A stretch of DNA of 64,000 nucleotides, from positions 36,712 to 100,711 of the forward strand of contig JACVGW010000001.1 of assembly GCA_018992565.1 (NCBI GenBank), in the 5' to 3' direction. The DNA comes from Theionarchaea archaeon. Lineage in GTDB: Archaea > Methanobacteriota_B > Thermococci > Methanofastidiosales > SZ-28-30. Shown here piece by piece: positions 38,037 through 46,688 of this stretch (positions are counted from its first letter, which is position 1; each line of letters opens with the position of its first letter). Position numbers and translations under genes: made by a program. The notes beneath the pieces are model-generated. The model saw nothing but the letters and a program-made list of their open reading frames with translations, ran no database searches and was not told the origin of the DNA.

Positions 38037-40142
38037 ATGCCTGGAAAAGTTATCCCTCTGATGCTTTTGTCTCTCCTGGTCCTAGCCGCTGCAGATGGGG
38101 TTTTCGAGCAAAAAGAAACCCATGACTTGAGCAAGCACATGTCAACATTGCTCAGCCTGTGGGCAGGGGACATAGATGCTGATCGTACAGCAGAAATACT
38201 GGCAGGAGGTATCATCTACGAAGGAGCCATTTCAAAAGGTATTCTTGTCCAGATTAAGCGAAATGATATCTCTATTCTTGCAAAAATCCCCTCCACGTCC
38301 AGGACTGTCGTTATTACAGTGTGTGATGCTACTGCTGATACTGGCCAAGAGATAGTTGTGGGAGCCAATGACCTGTACGTGTACACGAGGGGGGGAAAAT
38401 TGTTGACCACAAAGCCAGTGGGAGGAGATGTAACTGCAGTCCAGGCACTAGACACTGGAGACTCCCCCCTCAGTGAAATCATATGTGGGACTTCATCGGG
38501 GGAGGTATTGTATTTTGTTAATCTGGAAACCAAGGCACAGGTTTCTGTAATGAAGTCAGTAACTCAGATTCTGAAAAGAGACGATGGGACTTTTTATGCC
38601 ATTGCAGGCCAGTCCATAAACTGTATCAGTACCGGCGGAGAGAAGCTGTGGCTGCATAATGCCCAGGGAGAGATAACAAGCGCAGCAGTATATGACATGG
38701 ATGGAGATACTGTCAATGAGCTCATATATGTTGCAGGACCCAGCATCTATACCCTCTCTTCTGACGGGAAGAAAGAGACCCTGCTCATGACACCTTCCAA
38801 CCATCCCCTCTCTCTTCTAGTAAAGGATTTCACAGAGGACGGTAAGCCAGACCTCGTGGTGGCCGACAGCAAGGACAGCGTTGCCGTCTATTCTAACCTG
38901 AAGCAGCAGGTTGAATCCCTTTTTTTCAGAAGGGAAGCAGGTGAAATTCCTCTTCTGTTTGCTGCAAACGTGGCAGGAGACCAAAAGACTGACCTTGTCT
39001 ATGGAGGGGTGACGAAAGTCCATGTTCTGGAAAACATCATACCGTCGGCAGAATTGGTCACAAGAGGACAGCAGGTGCTCAGTGAAGGGAAAGGACTCCT
39101 GGAAGAAAGGGAATATGAGAGAGCAAAATCCAAATTCGAAGAGGCAGAAAGAATATTTTCTCTGGGAGGAGAAGAGAGACTGGCAGCAGAATGTCAAGCA
39201 TATATCGAGGAGATCACAGCACTATTAAAAAGGAAATCACAAGCAGAAAATGCCATAAAAGAAGGGAAAGATTTGTTTTCGCAGGGAGAATATGAAAAAG
39301 CCAAGATCCAGTTTGAACTTGCAGCCCAGGAATATGGGCTGCTGGCAGGCCAGGATTCTTACTACCAACCCTATGCAGAAGAGGCACGAACGCTTGTGAA
39401 TCAATGTGATGAGGCCATAGCAGATCGCTATTTTGACGCTGGAATGGAATATCTCAGCAACAGTCAGTATGATGGGGCCAGGGAGTATTTTGAAGCTGCG
39501 GAGGCTATTTATTCTCAAATTGGCAGCAAAAAGGCTGAACTGTGCCTTGAAAAGATCCAGCAGATCGAAGATGAGCTGGGAAGGAAACCGATAGAAAAAG
39601 ACATGACAATATTCTTCTATGCAGGGGTAGTACTCCTTATTGCTGCTGTCGTGGTGATATTGTTTGCCACCAGGAAGAAAGTGTCCACAAAATTGGAGAA
39701 GGGTCGTCTGTACCTCCTGCTTGAGCCACAGCCCAAGAAAGCTCTCCAGCTGATCAAAGAGTATGGAAGGATAGGATATGAAGGTCTGGTGATCAGCAGA
39801 CTTCCAGCCGAGCAACTGCGGAAGAAAAAGCTGAAGAAACAAAAAATACTACAGTTTTCAAGCACCAGCAAGGAGGACAGCATTCCTCCAGACAACGTAG
39901 TTAATATACTGCTTGGCATGAAGGAGTTCATGACTAGCAGAGACAGCAGCATCATACTGCTGGATAGTCTGGATTACCTTATCATCCAGAACTCTTTTGA
40001 AGATGCATTCAGTCTCATCCAGAAATTGGCGGAATCAGTGACGCTGTATAAAGGCATTGTCCTGGCAGTATTGAATCCCAAGAGCGTGGAAGAGAGAGAA
40101 CTTGTTCTTCTGGAAGGAGAAATGGAACTTCTGGAAATATGA
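38037..40142 (+). CDS. Receptor-like protein: signal peptide + FG-GAP/VCBS beta-propeller + TPR-like repeats + TM helix + cytoplasmic DUF835
   Basis: The signal peptide is MPGKVIPLMLLSLLVLAAADG. FG-GAP-like motifs are DIDADRTAEILAGG, DMDGDTVNELIYV, DFTEDGKPDLVVAD and AGDQKTDLVYGG. Three G..L...gEYE.AK..FE.A repeats follow. The TM helix is IFFYAGVVLLIAAVVVILFA. The DUF835-like tail is GLVISR...ILLDSLDYLIIQNSFEDAFSLIQKL...AVLNPKSVEERELVLLEGEM. Confidence 0.6.
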   Translation: MPGKVIPLMLLSLLVLAAADGVFEQKETHDLSKHMSTLLSLWAGDIDADRTAEILAGGIIYEGAISKGILVQIKRNDISILAKIPSTSRTVVITVCDATADTGQEIVVGANDLYVYTRGGKLLTTKPVGGDVTAVQALDTGDSPLSEIICGTSSGEVLYFVNLETKAQVSVMKSVTQILKRDDGTFYAIAGQSINCISTGGEKLWLHNAQGEITSAAVYDMDGDTVNELIYVAGPSIYTLSSDGKKETLLMTPSNHPLSLLVKDFTEDGKPDLVVADSKDSVAVYSNLKQQVESLFFRREAGEIPLLFAANVAGDQKTDLVYGGVTKVHVLENIIPSAELVTRGQQVLSEGKGLLEEREYERAKSKFEEAERIFSLGGEERLAAECQAYIEEITALLKRKSQAENAIKEGKDLFSQGEYEKAKIQFELAAQEYGLLAGQDSYYQPYAEEARTLVNQCDEAIADRYFDAGMEYLSNSQYDGAREYFEAAEAIYSQIGSKKAELCLEKIQQIEDELGRKPIEKDMTIFFYAGVVLLIAAVVVILFATRKKVSTKLEKGRLYLLLEPQPKKALQLIKEYGRIGYEGLVISRLPAEQLRKKKLKKQKILQFSSTSKEDSIPPDNVVNILLGMKEFMTSRDSSIILLDSLDYLIIQNSFEDAFSLIQKLAESVTLYKGIVLAVLNPKSVEERELVLLEGEMELLEI

Positions 40143-40780
40143 ATGGGTTGACCATGAAAGGAATAGTCCTGATGTCAGGAGGCATCGATTCTCCTGTGGC
40201 TGCCTACTTGATGGCGAATTACGACCTGATAGCACTTCACTGTGACAATAACCCGTATACTGAAGGTGCGAAACAGGCTGCTGCAGCAGTCACCGCTCGA
40301 TTGGAAGATGTTCTGAAGAAGGAAATTCCATTCTTCGTTGCTCCTCACGGCGAAGTATTAACCGAGTTCCTCAGAGTATGCGAGGCTGAAGGCCGGAAAT
40401 ATACCTGCCTCTTTTGCAAGCGTATGATGTTCAGGGTGGGTGAAAGGATTGCCCTGGATATGGGGGGCGATTTCCTGGTTACTGGAGAGAATCTCGGCCA
40501 GGTGGCATCTCAGACACTCCAGAATATTCTTGTAACCTCACGGGCAGTCCAGATCCCCATAGTACGTCCAGTCATTGGGCTGGATAAACTGGATATCATC
40601 AGCATTGCTGAGACGGTTGGCACATATGAAATCTCAACAGGAAAGGCTGCAACCTGCCGCGCTGTTCCCCGTTATCCCGCCACCCGAGCACAACTGCATA
40701 CAGTGGAAGCTCTTGAGAAGCGTCTCCCCATTGAACGCCTTGTTTCACGTGCTGCAGAAGCCGCGGAAGAAGCCCATTGA
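40139..40780 (+). CDS. ThiI-like PP-loop sulfurtransferase domain protein (no THUMP domain)
   Basis: Motifs SGGIDSPVAAYL, CLFCKRMM and TGENLGQVASQTLQN...RPVIGLDKLDII are present. The start overlaps the upstream stop (ATGA). Confidence 0.7.
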   Translation: MNGLTMKGIVLMSGGIDSPVAAYLMANYDLIALHCDNNPYTEGAKQAAAAVTARLEDVLKKEIPFFVAPHGEVLTEFLRVCEAEGRKYTCLFCKRMMFRVGERIALDMGGDFLVTGENLGQVASQTLQNILVTSRAVQIPIVRPVIGLDKLDIISIAETVGTYEISTGKAATCRAVPRYPATRAQLHTVEALEKRLPIERLVSRAAEAAEEAH

Positions 40781-40848
40781 GGGCCTCTGGAAGTGCAGGC
40801 TTTCACAGGCGGCAGAAGAATTATAAGACCTCGCCCGTACGTTATCAT

Positions 40849-42231
40849 ATGAATGAAGTGGAGACTTCTATTTTGGACTGCAATTCCAGGTACTTTGGCT
40901 TTGACACTCTCCAGCTTATGGAGAATGCAGGAAGAAGTGTGGCACAGGAGATTGAGAATCGGTATTCACATGATAATAAAATAGGCATTTTTTGCGGAAG
41001 AGGGAATAATGGGGGAGATGGATTTGTGGCTGCACGATTCCTGGCAGAGCACAATGACGTCACTGTCTATCTGGTGGGATCACCAAGAGATATATATACT
41101 GAAGAAGCACGGAAAAACTATTCCATTTTGAAGAATACGTCTGTGAAGAGTCAGATCATCCTGGATACAAAAACCATACAGATCGCTAAGCATGACATCA
41201 TTGTGGATGCACTTCTTGGAACAGGTATCCAGGGAGAACTGCGAGAGCCCTACCGAACACTGGTTGAAAAGATGAATGCATGTCCTGCAGCGAAAGTCTC
41301 AGTAGATATTCCCACAGGATACAACACGTCAGTCCAGATAGCAGCAGATCTCGTCATCTCCATGCACTACGAGAAAGTCCCTTCATGTGTGGTTGCTACC
41401 ATAGGAGTTCCCACCCAAATTGAATCACTGGTTGGCCCGGGTGATGTGAGATTCCTAAAACGGAGAAAGAACGATTCACACAAGGGGGACAATGGGAGAG
41501 TACTCATTGTTGGGGGCTCAGAGCTCTACCATGGGGCACCTGTCTATTCCGGCACAGCAGCTTCCAAGATTTCAGACCTTGTCTTTATTGCGTGCCCCCG
41601 GTCTGCAGCTCCCGTAATTAAAGGGGCTACCCCAGATTTCATAGTCCACCCTCTCTCTTCAGAGTATCTGGTACCTGAAGATGTCTCCACACTCGAGGAT
41701 CTTGCTGAATCCTGCGACATTGTCCTCATCGGGCCCGGGCTGGGAATCCATCCGAAGACCCAGAAGGCCTGCCAGAGCCTGTTTGCACTCGATATTCCCA
41801 AGGTGATAGATGCAGATGGACTCAAAGCACTGAAAGGAATGGTTGATGTACTAGCTCCTCCTGCTGTTCTAACGCCTCATCATGGGGAATTCGCCCACGT
41901 ATTCGGCACTCAGTCGGTACAGGATGCGGCTCGAGAACATGCCTGTATTATCGTCCAGAAAGGTGTCACTGACGTTATCACCACTGGAACTCGCACCAAG
42001 TACAATCATACAGGAAATGCAGGGATGACCACAGGAGGGACGGGGGACATTCTCGCAGGTCTCATTACAGGGTTCGGTGCGGTCAATGACTTGTTCCAGG
42101 CCTCATGTGCTGCAGCCTTTGTTAGTGGAATGGCGGGAGATCGCTGTTACCAGAAGATGGGGTTTCACTACTCGGCTTCTGATGTACTGGACCAGCTGCA
42201 ACCTACCTTACAGTGGTGCGAGACATTCTGA
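40849..42231 (+). CDS. nnr: Bifunctional NAD(P)H-hydrate repair enzyme (YjeF_N epimerase + carbohydrate-kinase-like dehydratase)
   Basis: The N domain has GRGNNGGDGFVAARFL. The C domain has HKGDNGRVLIVGGS..YHGAP and GTGDILAG. The start was moved to ATG 40849. Confidence 0.8.
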   Translation: MNEVETSILDCNSRYFGFDTLQLMENAGRSVAQEIENRYSHDNKIGIFCGRGNNGGDGFVAARFLAEHNDVTVYLVGSPRDIYTEEARKNYSILKNTSVKSQIILDTKTIQIAKHDIIVDALLGTGIQGELREPYRTLVEKMNACPAAKVSVDIPTGYNTSVQIAADLVISMHYEKVPSCVVATIGVPTQIESLVGPGDVRFLKRRKNDSHKGDNGRVLIVGGSELYHGAPVYSGTAASKISDLVFIACPRSAAPVIKGATPDFIVHPLSSEYLVPEDVSTLEDLAESCDIVLIGPGLGIHPKTQKACQSLFALDIPKVIDADGLKALKGMVDVLAPPAVLTPHHGEFAHVFGTQSVQDAAREHACIIVQKGVTDVITTGTRTKYNHTGNAGMTTGGTGDILAGLITGFGAVNDLFQASCAAAFVSGMAGDRCYQKMGFHYSASDVLDQLQPTLQWCETF

Positions 42232-43359
42232 TTCTACTGCCTTCCGTATTTCTTCCAGATACTGATGGTAGGGATAGTATAGGGTGCAAGTATCAGGGTT
42301 ATAGCATTTGGTGTCTATAGTCTGCATCACCCAGAAAGATGCGGGAAACGATCTCAAAAAGTAGAATTTCTTGTCCTCTATCTCCACGTACCGATCCAGG
42401 TCCTGCAACAGCTTTATGAGAAAAGAGGGATGACAGACGCACTGCACTACGCCATAGTCCTGTCCTCCAGAAAAAGGAGTCCAGTAGGTCAATCGTTCCT
42501 GGATACGCACGTTTTTGCCAAAATTGAACAGGAGTCGATCGGTCTTTTCCCGATGACTGCTGCGCATTAACAGGATGAACCTGGAGCACTTCTCTCTCGG
42601 AATGGGATATACATTGTAATACTCCTCGATAATGTTGAGGTCAAGAAGCTTTCGGGCAGAAGACTTGAGCTCCGAATACGTGAGAAAGAGACCCTCCTTC
42701 TGTCGCTCATACTGACTGATCTTGCGCAGATTGCACTCCCCGATGCCCAGAAAGAGGTCCTCAATGAGGGAAAGATCACACGTAGTGAGAGATTCGCCAC
42801 AGAACTCACCAAGAGAAAGATCGGGCACCTCAGTCTCTTCCAACAACCTGTCCAGTGATGGAATGAGAGGGACTGGCTCATTCTTGTGGGTTACGAAGAG
42901 AGGATTTCTCAGATACCAGGAGGTCTTCTGCAAGTACAGGTCATAATGAACCAGAATATCACACTGCAAGAGATAGTCAAAAATCTCCTTGAGTTTTTCC
43001 TGATCAGAGCATACAAAGGAAGAGACCAGCATTCTAAAAGACTGTTCAAATACTGGATAGAGAGTGACAAAACAGCCGATCTTTTTTAGCAAATTAATGA
43101 CATATGGATAATCCCTGCGAAACATGAGCACTGCAATCATTCGACAGAGACGGTTCTTGGTAAATCGCCCCACATCCACATCGAAGTAAGGACCTGAGAG
43201 GTATCCTGCCTGTTTTAGCCTACGCTTTACCGCAGAAACATAGACTGAATTCTTGTAGTTTGAAAGAGTCGCCAGCCTTTCATTGGGAATATTCGGGTCT
43301 TTCGCCAAGCATTGTAGTATTAGTTTACGTCTCAACGGCAGATTGTCCTCAGTTTCCAT
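42208..43359 (-). CDS. Putative two-module winged-helix protein, distant paralogue of ORF 23477-24442
   Basis: The N-terminal block LRRKLILQCLAKDPNIPNERLATLSNYKNSVYVSAVKRRLKQAGYLSGP is HTH-like. A second HTH-like segment lies mid-protein. Confidence 0.4.
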   Translation of the reverse strand: METEDNLPLRRKLILQCLAKDPNIPNERLATLSNYKNSVYVSAVKRRLKQAGYLSGPYFDVDVGRFTKNRLCRMIAVLMFRRDYPYVINLLKKIGCFVTLYPVFEQSFRMLVSSFVCSDQEKLKEIFDYLLQCDILVHYDLYLQKTSWYLRNPLFVTHKNEPVPLIPSLDRLLEETEVPDLSLGEFCGESLTTCDLSLIEDLFLGIGECNLRKISQYERQKEGLFLTYSELKSSARKLLDLNIIEEYYNVYPIPREKCSRFILLMRSSHREKTDRLLFNFGKNVRIQERLTYWTPFSGGQDYGVVQCVCHPSFLIKLLQDLDRYVEIEDKKFYFLRSFPASFWVMQTIDTKCYNPDTCTLYYPYHQYLEEIRKAVESECLAPL

Positions 43360-43424
43360 GATTAACTTTTTTGGCCTTGAGAGTATTTAAGTGTTTTGAG
43401 GGAGTACAGAAAGCGGTGATCCCC

Positions 43425-43616
43425 GTGAGAAAGAAACTTGTATGTATCCTCCTGTTGACAGCCTTGCTGGTAGCTTCAGGTTGTGTCCTGATAAGTGCCG
43501 GCGAAGATTCCGACTGCTCAAAAATCACAGTAACGGGTTGGGACAACCCGTTTGGAAAGGAAGGTGGAGATGAAGGAATATTTCTCTGCTTTATAAGCGG
43601 AGAAGACTCAGATTGA
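43425..43616 (+). CDS. Small acidic lipoprotein candidate (63 aa)
   Basis: A GTG start follows GGTGATCCCC. The signal is RKKLVCILLLTALLVASGC, with a lipobox-like ASGC. The mature part both starts and ends with IS(A)GEDSD. Confidence 0.4.
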   Translation: MRKKLVCILLLTALLVASGCVLISAGEDSDCSKITVTGWDNPFGKEGGDEGIFLCFISGEDSD

Positions 43617-43970
43617 GTGCCGAAAGGAAATAGGTGCATCACTATCACAAGAGAAAAGGAAAGGTGTGAAAAGTAGAGGCTGTTCAACACGTGCGCCGAG
43701 TAGTGTCTGTTGATGGAAGATGAGTGGATCGATCTCGGATGGGGCTACCAAAGGGAATGAGGAGAAGAACGGACTACCCAGTGCCTTTTCCTCCATTACG
43801 TCCGAAAGGGTATCTCCTCTACCCTTCTTATGATTGTTGTAACCATGGGTAAATATACGATTCTATATGATTACATACAATAAAAATGGTATGTAAAGTA
43901 CCTGTTCATGTACGCATGAACTCGAAATGAGCATGGAAACCCTTAAGAAGAGTGCTTGATACTCTCCCAT

Positions 43971-44843
43971 ATGCAGATTATTGAATCGATTCCCAATTTT
44001 TCAGAGGGAACTGACATGAGTACAGTGGAGAAAATCCTGGACGATTTCAGGTCTTCGGATGTGAGACTTGTAGATTACACGTTTGATTCTGATTATAATC
44101 GTCTGGTGGTGACGATAATCGGAGAGTCAAGAAAAGTGAAAGCAGCACTCCTGAAAGCCTCAGATACGGCAATTACGCACATTGATATGCGAAAGCACAA
44201 AGGCGCGCATCCCAGAATGGGAGCTGTTGACGTAGTCCCCTTTGTCCCCTTGAAAGGTATCACCATGAAGGAGTGCATTGAGCTATCAAGGGAATATGGA
44301 AAGGAGCTTTCAGAGGCCCACAACGTACCTGTATTCTTGTACGATGAATCAGCAACCTCTCTCGAGAGACGGGATATTGACTTTCTGAGAAAGGGTGAAT
44401 TTGAAGGACTCAAAGAACATCTCAAGATGGTAAAGCCGGACTTCGGTCCTGCTGTTCCTCATCCCACCGCAGGAGCCACCATCACGGGAGCCAGGGAAAT
44501 CATGGTTGGGCTAAATGTCAACCTGGGCACCAGCGACCTCAAGATCGCCAAGAAGATAGCCAAGGCCATCCATGCAAAGAGTGGGGGTCTCACCTATGTC
44601 AAAGCAATGGCATGCGAATTCGGAGAGATGACTCAGATTGGAATGAGTAACGTCAATTTCAGGAAGACGCCTCTCTACCGGCAACTGGAATTGATTACCA
44701 TTGAGGCCCGGCGATATGGGATTCAGGTGGTATCCAGTGAGTTTTGCGGGCTCATTCCCCTGGATGCACTCTTGGATGTATGTAAGTACTATCTAAAAGT
44801 AGATGATCTTGAAGAGAAAAGAATTATTGAAATGAATTTGTAG
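43971..44843 (+). CDS. Glutamate formimidoyltransferase (FtcD N-terminal-type)
   Basis: It begins MQIIESIPNFSEG, the formiminotransferase N-terminal signature. HPRMGAVDVVPFVP is present. Confidence 0.75.
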   Translation: MQIIESIPNFSEGTDMSTVEKILDDFRSSDVRLVDYTFDSDYNRLVVTIIGESRKVKAALLKASDTAITHIDMRKHKGAHPRMGAVDVVPFVPLKGITMKECIELSREYGKELSEAHNVPVFLYDESATSLERRDIDFLRKGEFEGLKEHLKMVKPDFGPAVPHPTAGATITGAREIMVGLNVNLGTSDLKIAKKIAKAIHAKSGGLTYVKAMACEFGEMTQIGMSNVNFRKTPLYRQLELITIEARRYGIQVVSSEFCGLIPLDALLDVCKYYLKVDDLEEKRIIEMNL

Positions 44844-44864
44844 CCTGTCTGGTGTCGACTTTCG

Positions 44865-45584
44865 TCACCGAAGGGTTTTCAGTGTACCCAGATATGTACC
44901 ATCCAACAGGTAGATATCGCACCGAGATTCATCCAACAGGTTCTGAGAAAAGAGGACTCCAGGTATTCTGGGATCGCTGTTTACAGCCACGCCTCTGATA
45001 ACAGGATTAAAGGCAGGCATGATGATAACTCTGGTATTCTGCAGAGTATATCCCAGAATCCAGCACTTTTCTTTTGTTCGCGACCCCAATTCGTCCTGAA
45101 ACTCTACTGCAGGATGAGAATGTCCCACCACCAGGAGCGGAGGAAGTGGGTTGTCCAGAGCCCGATGCCCATGGGTGAGGACTATGCCATTCATCACTAT
45201 TTCATTCTTCACGTCACAGTCAACCAGCGATTCAATCCCGCCGTCATGGTTACCCTTGACTATCTCGACAGGGACACTGAAATCCACAAAACCCGGTACC
45301 TCGCGTTCCTCATGCCAGGAGACATTAGGGACATTGTGCTTGATATCTCCCAGGAGAATTAGCCGGGTAATATCCTCAGTCAAGAGCGCTTCGATTTCAC
45401 CCTTAATTCTGTCTGTCAAAGATCCCATGCGAATGCCTTTGGTATACATTTCATATTCAATACCGAGGTGAATGTCACATACCACCAGCGTATGATCAAC
45501 TCTGAGAGCGGGTGCATCCCATAGTGGTTGAACCAGAACCATGCCATCTTGTACAACCAAACATTTATAAGTCTTGATAATCAC
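44865..45584 (-). CDS. Calcineurin-like metallophosphoesterase
   Basis: Motifs CDIHLG, GDIKH, GNHD, THGH and GHSHP occur in the canonical order. Confidence 0.7.
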   Translation of the reverse strand: MIIKTYKCLVVQDGMVLVQPLWDAPALRVDHTLVVCDIHLGIEYEMYTKGIRMGSLTDRIKGEIEALLTEDITRLILLGDIKHNVPNVSWHEEREVPGFVDFSVPVEIVKGNHDGGIESLVDCDVKNEIVMNGIVLTHGHRALDNPLPPLLVVGHSHPAVEFQDELGSRTKEKCWILGYTLQNTRVIIMPAFNPVIRGVAVNSDPRIPGVLFSQNLLDESRCDIYLLDGTYLGTLKTLR

Positions 45585-45605
45585 CCCTGAGGTGAGGACG
45601 ATTCA

Positions 45606-45701
45606 ATGGGAAAAAAGCCAAGAAAGTGGAAAAAGAAGGGTAGAATGAGATGGAGACATAAGAAGAAACGAATGAGGAGAATGAAGAAGAAAAAGCGCTA
45701 G
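45606..45701 (+). CDS. rpl41e: Ribosomal protein eL41 (31 aa)
   Basis: My own translation is MGKKPRKWKKKGRMRWRHKKKRMRRMKKKKR. The KWKKKGRMRW core and extreme basicity are typical of archaeal L41e. It is too short for the ORF track. Confidence 0.6.
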   Translation: MGKKPRKWKKKGRMRWRHKKKRMRRMKKKKR

Positions 45702-45982
45702 ACTTCAGCTACCCCTCTCGTCTTGGCGCGTTTCTGACGGCTTAGAATCATTTCGACAAGTCTATTCTCAGCATCCATTACTTCCTCTGCCTTACCGGCC
45801 AGTTCTACATATATGCCGGAAACTGCATCCATTGTCTCTACCTGTACTCCGAGTTCCCTCAGATCATAGATCAGGTCAAGATCAGCCCGATCTATTAAGA
45901 GGCGTACGCGGTACATGTCTACATCCCTTCTCAGGGCATCTTCAACGATTTTCAAGAGATCACCCACTCTACTTGGAAACAC
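45698..45982 (-). CDS. Hypothetical small protein (94 aa)
   Basis: ORF with a plausible alpha/beta pattern and no recognisable motif. Its 3' end overlaps the eL41 stop by 4 nt. Confidence 0.4.
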   Translation of the reverse strand: MFPSRVGDLLKIVEDALRRDVDMYRVRLLIDRADLDLIYDLRELGVQVETMDAVSGIYVELAGKAEEVMDAENRLVEMILSRQKRAKTRGVAEV

Positions 45983-46105
45983 TATTATATAAATGTTTCG
46001 ATTGAGATAGTAAGTTCAAGGGTATTCTGAAGCACTTCTTGATGCCGGAACCTCTTGGGCAAAAAAAGCAAAACTTGAGAAAAAAAGGAAAAAAGAAAGA
46101 CATAG

Positions 46106-46381
46106 TCACTGCTTCAAGGTGATTTCCATAGCGGAAACAGCTGATTTTGTTCCATCATCTCTGGCAACTTCTTCCGTCGAGGTTACAATTGAAGCAACTT
46201 TCAGGCCAGGCATGAACTTGCGTCTGACAATTTCGGACACATCTACAGCCCGGGATATGGCTCTTCCCCGTGCTTTTATAATTACCTCTGAGGATGTGCC
46301 TACATTGAGCTGGGTCACCACAGCCAAAACGTAGTTCATCACCGGTTTTCCTCCGATGAATACGGTGTTGTCGTCTTTCAA
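46106..46381 (-). CDS. albA: Alba DNA/RNA-binding chromatin protein
   Basis: [21 protein letters not shown]...[25 protein letters not shown] is the Alba signature. Confidence 0.85.
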   Translation of the reverse strand: MKDDNTVFIGGKPVMNYVLAVVTQLNVGTSSEVIIKARGRAISRAVDVSEIVRRKFMPGLKVASIVTSTEEVARDDGTKSAVSAMEITLKQ

Positions 46382-46688
46382 AAGAACACCTCCGTGAAGT
46401 CTCTCACCCAGCCACAGTCTCTTTCCTCCACTTTTAAAGGTTTCGGTTTATCGGTCATTTCTTTCAGTGACATTAATTCCCAGAAGATGGATGTGTATGA
46501 CCTCAAGACGGGAGGATTCCTGGAGTTAGATTTATAAGTGGGAGGCAGTAGGAAATCCATGGTTCTCTGGTATGTGCTGCCACTGAAATCTATGGAAGAA
46601 CGCTTGAAAAAGACTTTTCCTGTCGCTTGCTGCTGGGTATTCCTCTTTTCTGTGCAGATTCAGCCCGATTCTTGTGGGAGGTTGCTTG

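Noticed and set aside
43617-43955. 340-nt gap upstream of the formimidoyltransferase gene, with some complementary segments (for example GAGGAGA ... TCTCCTC), considered as a riboswitch or sRNA
   Set aside because: I could recognise no known riboswitch core, C/D or H/ACA box arrangement or tRNA-like motif. The pairings are short and could be chance.
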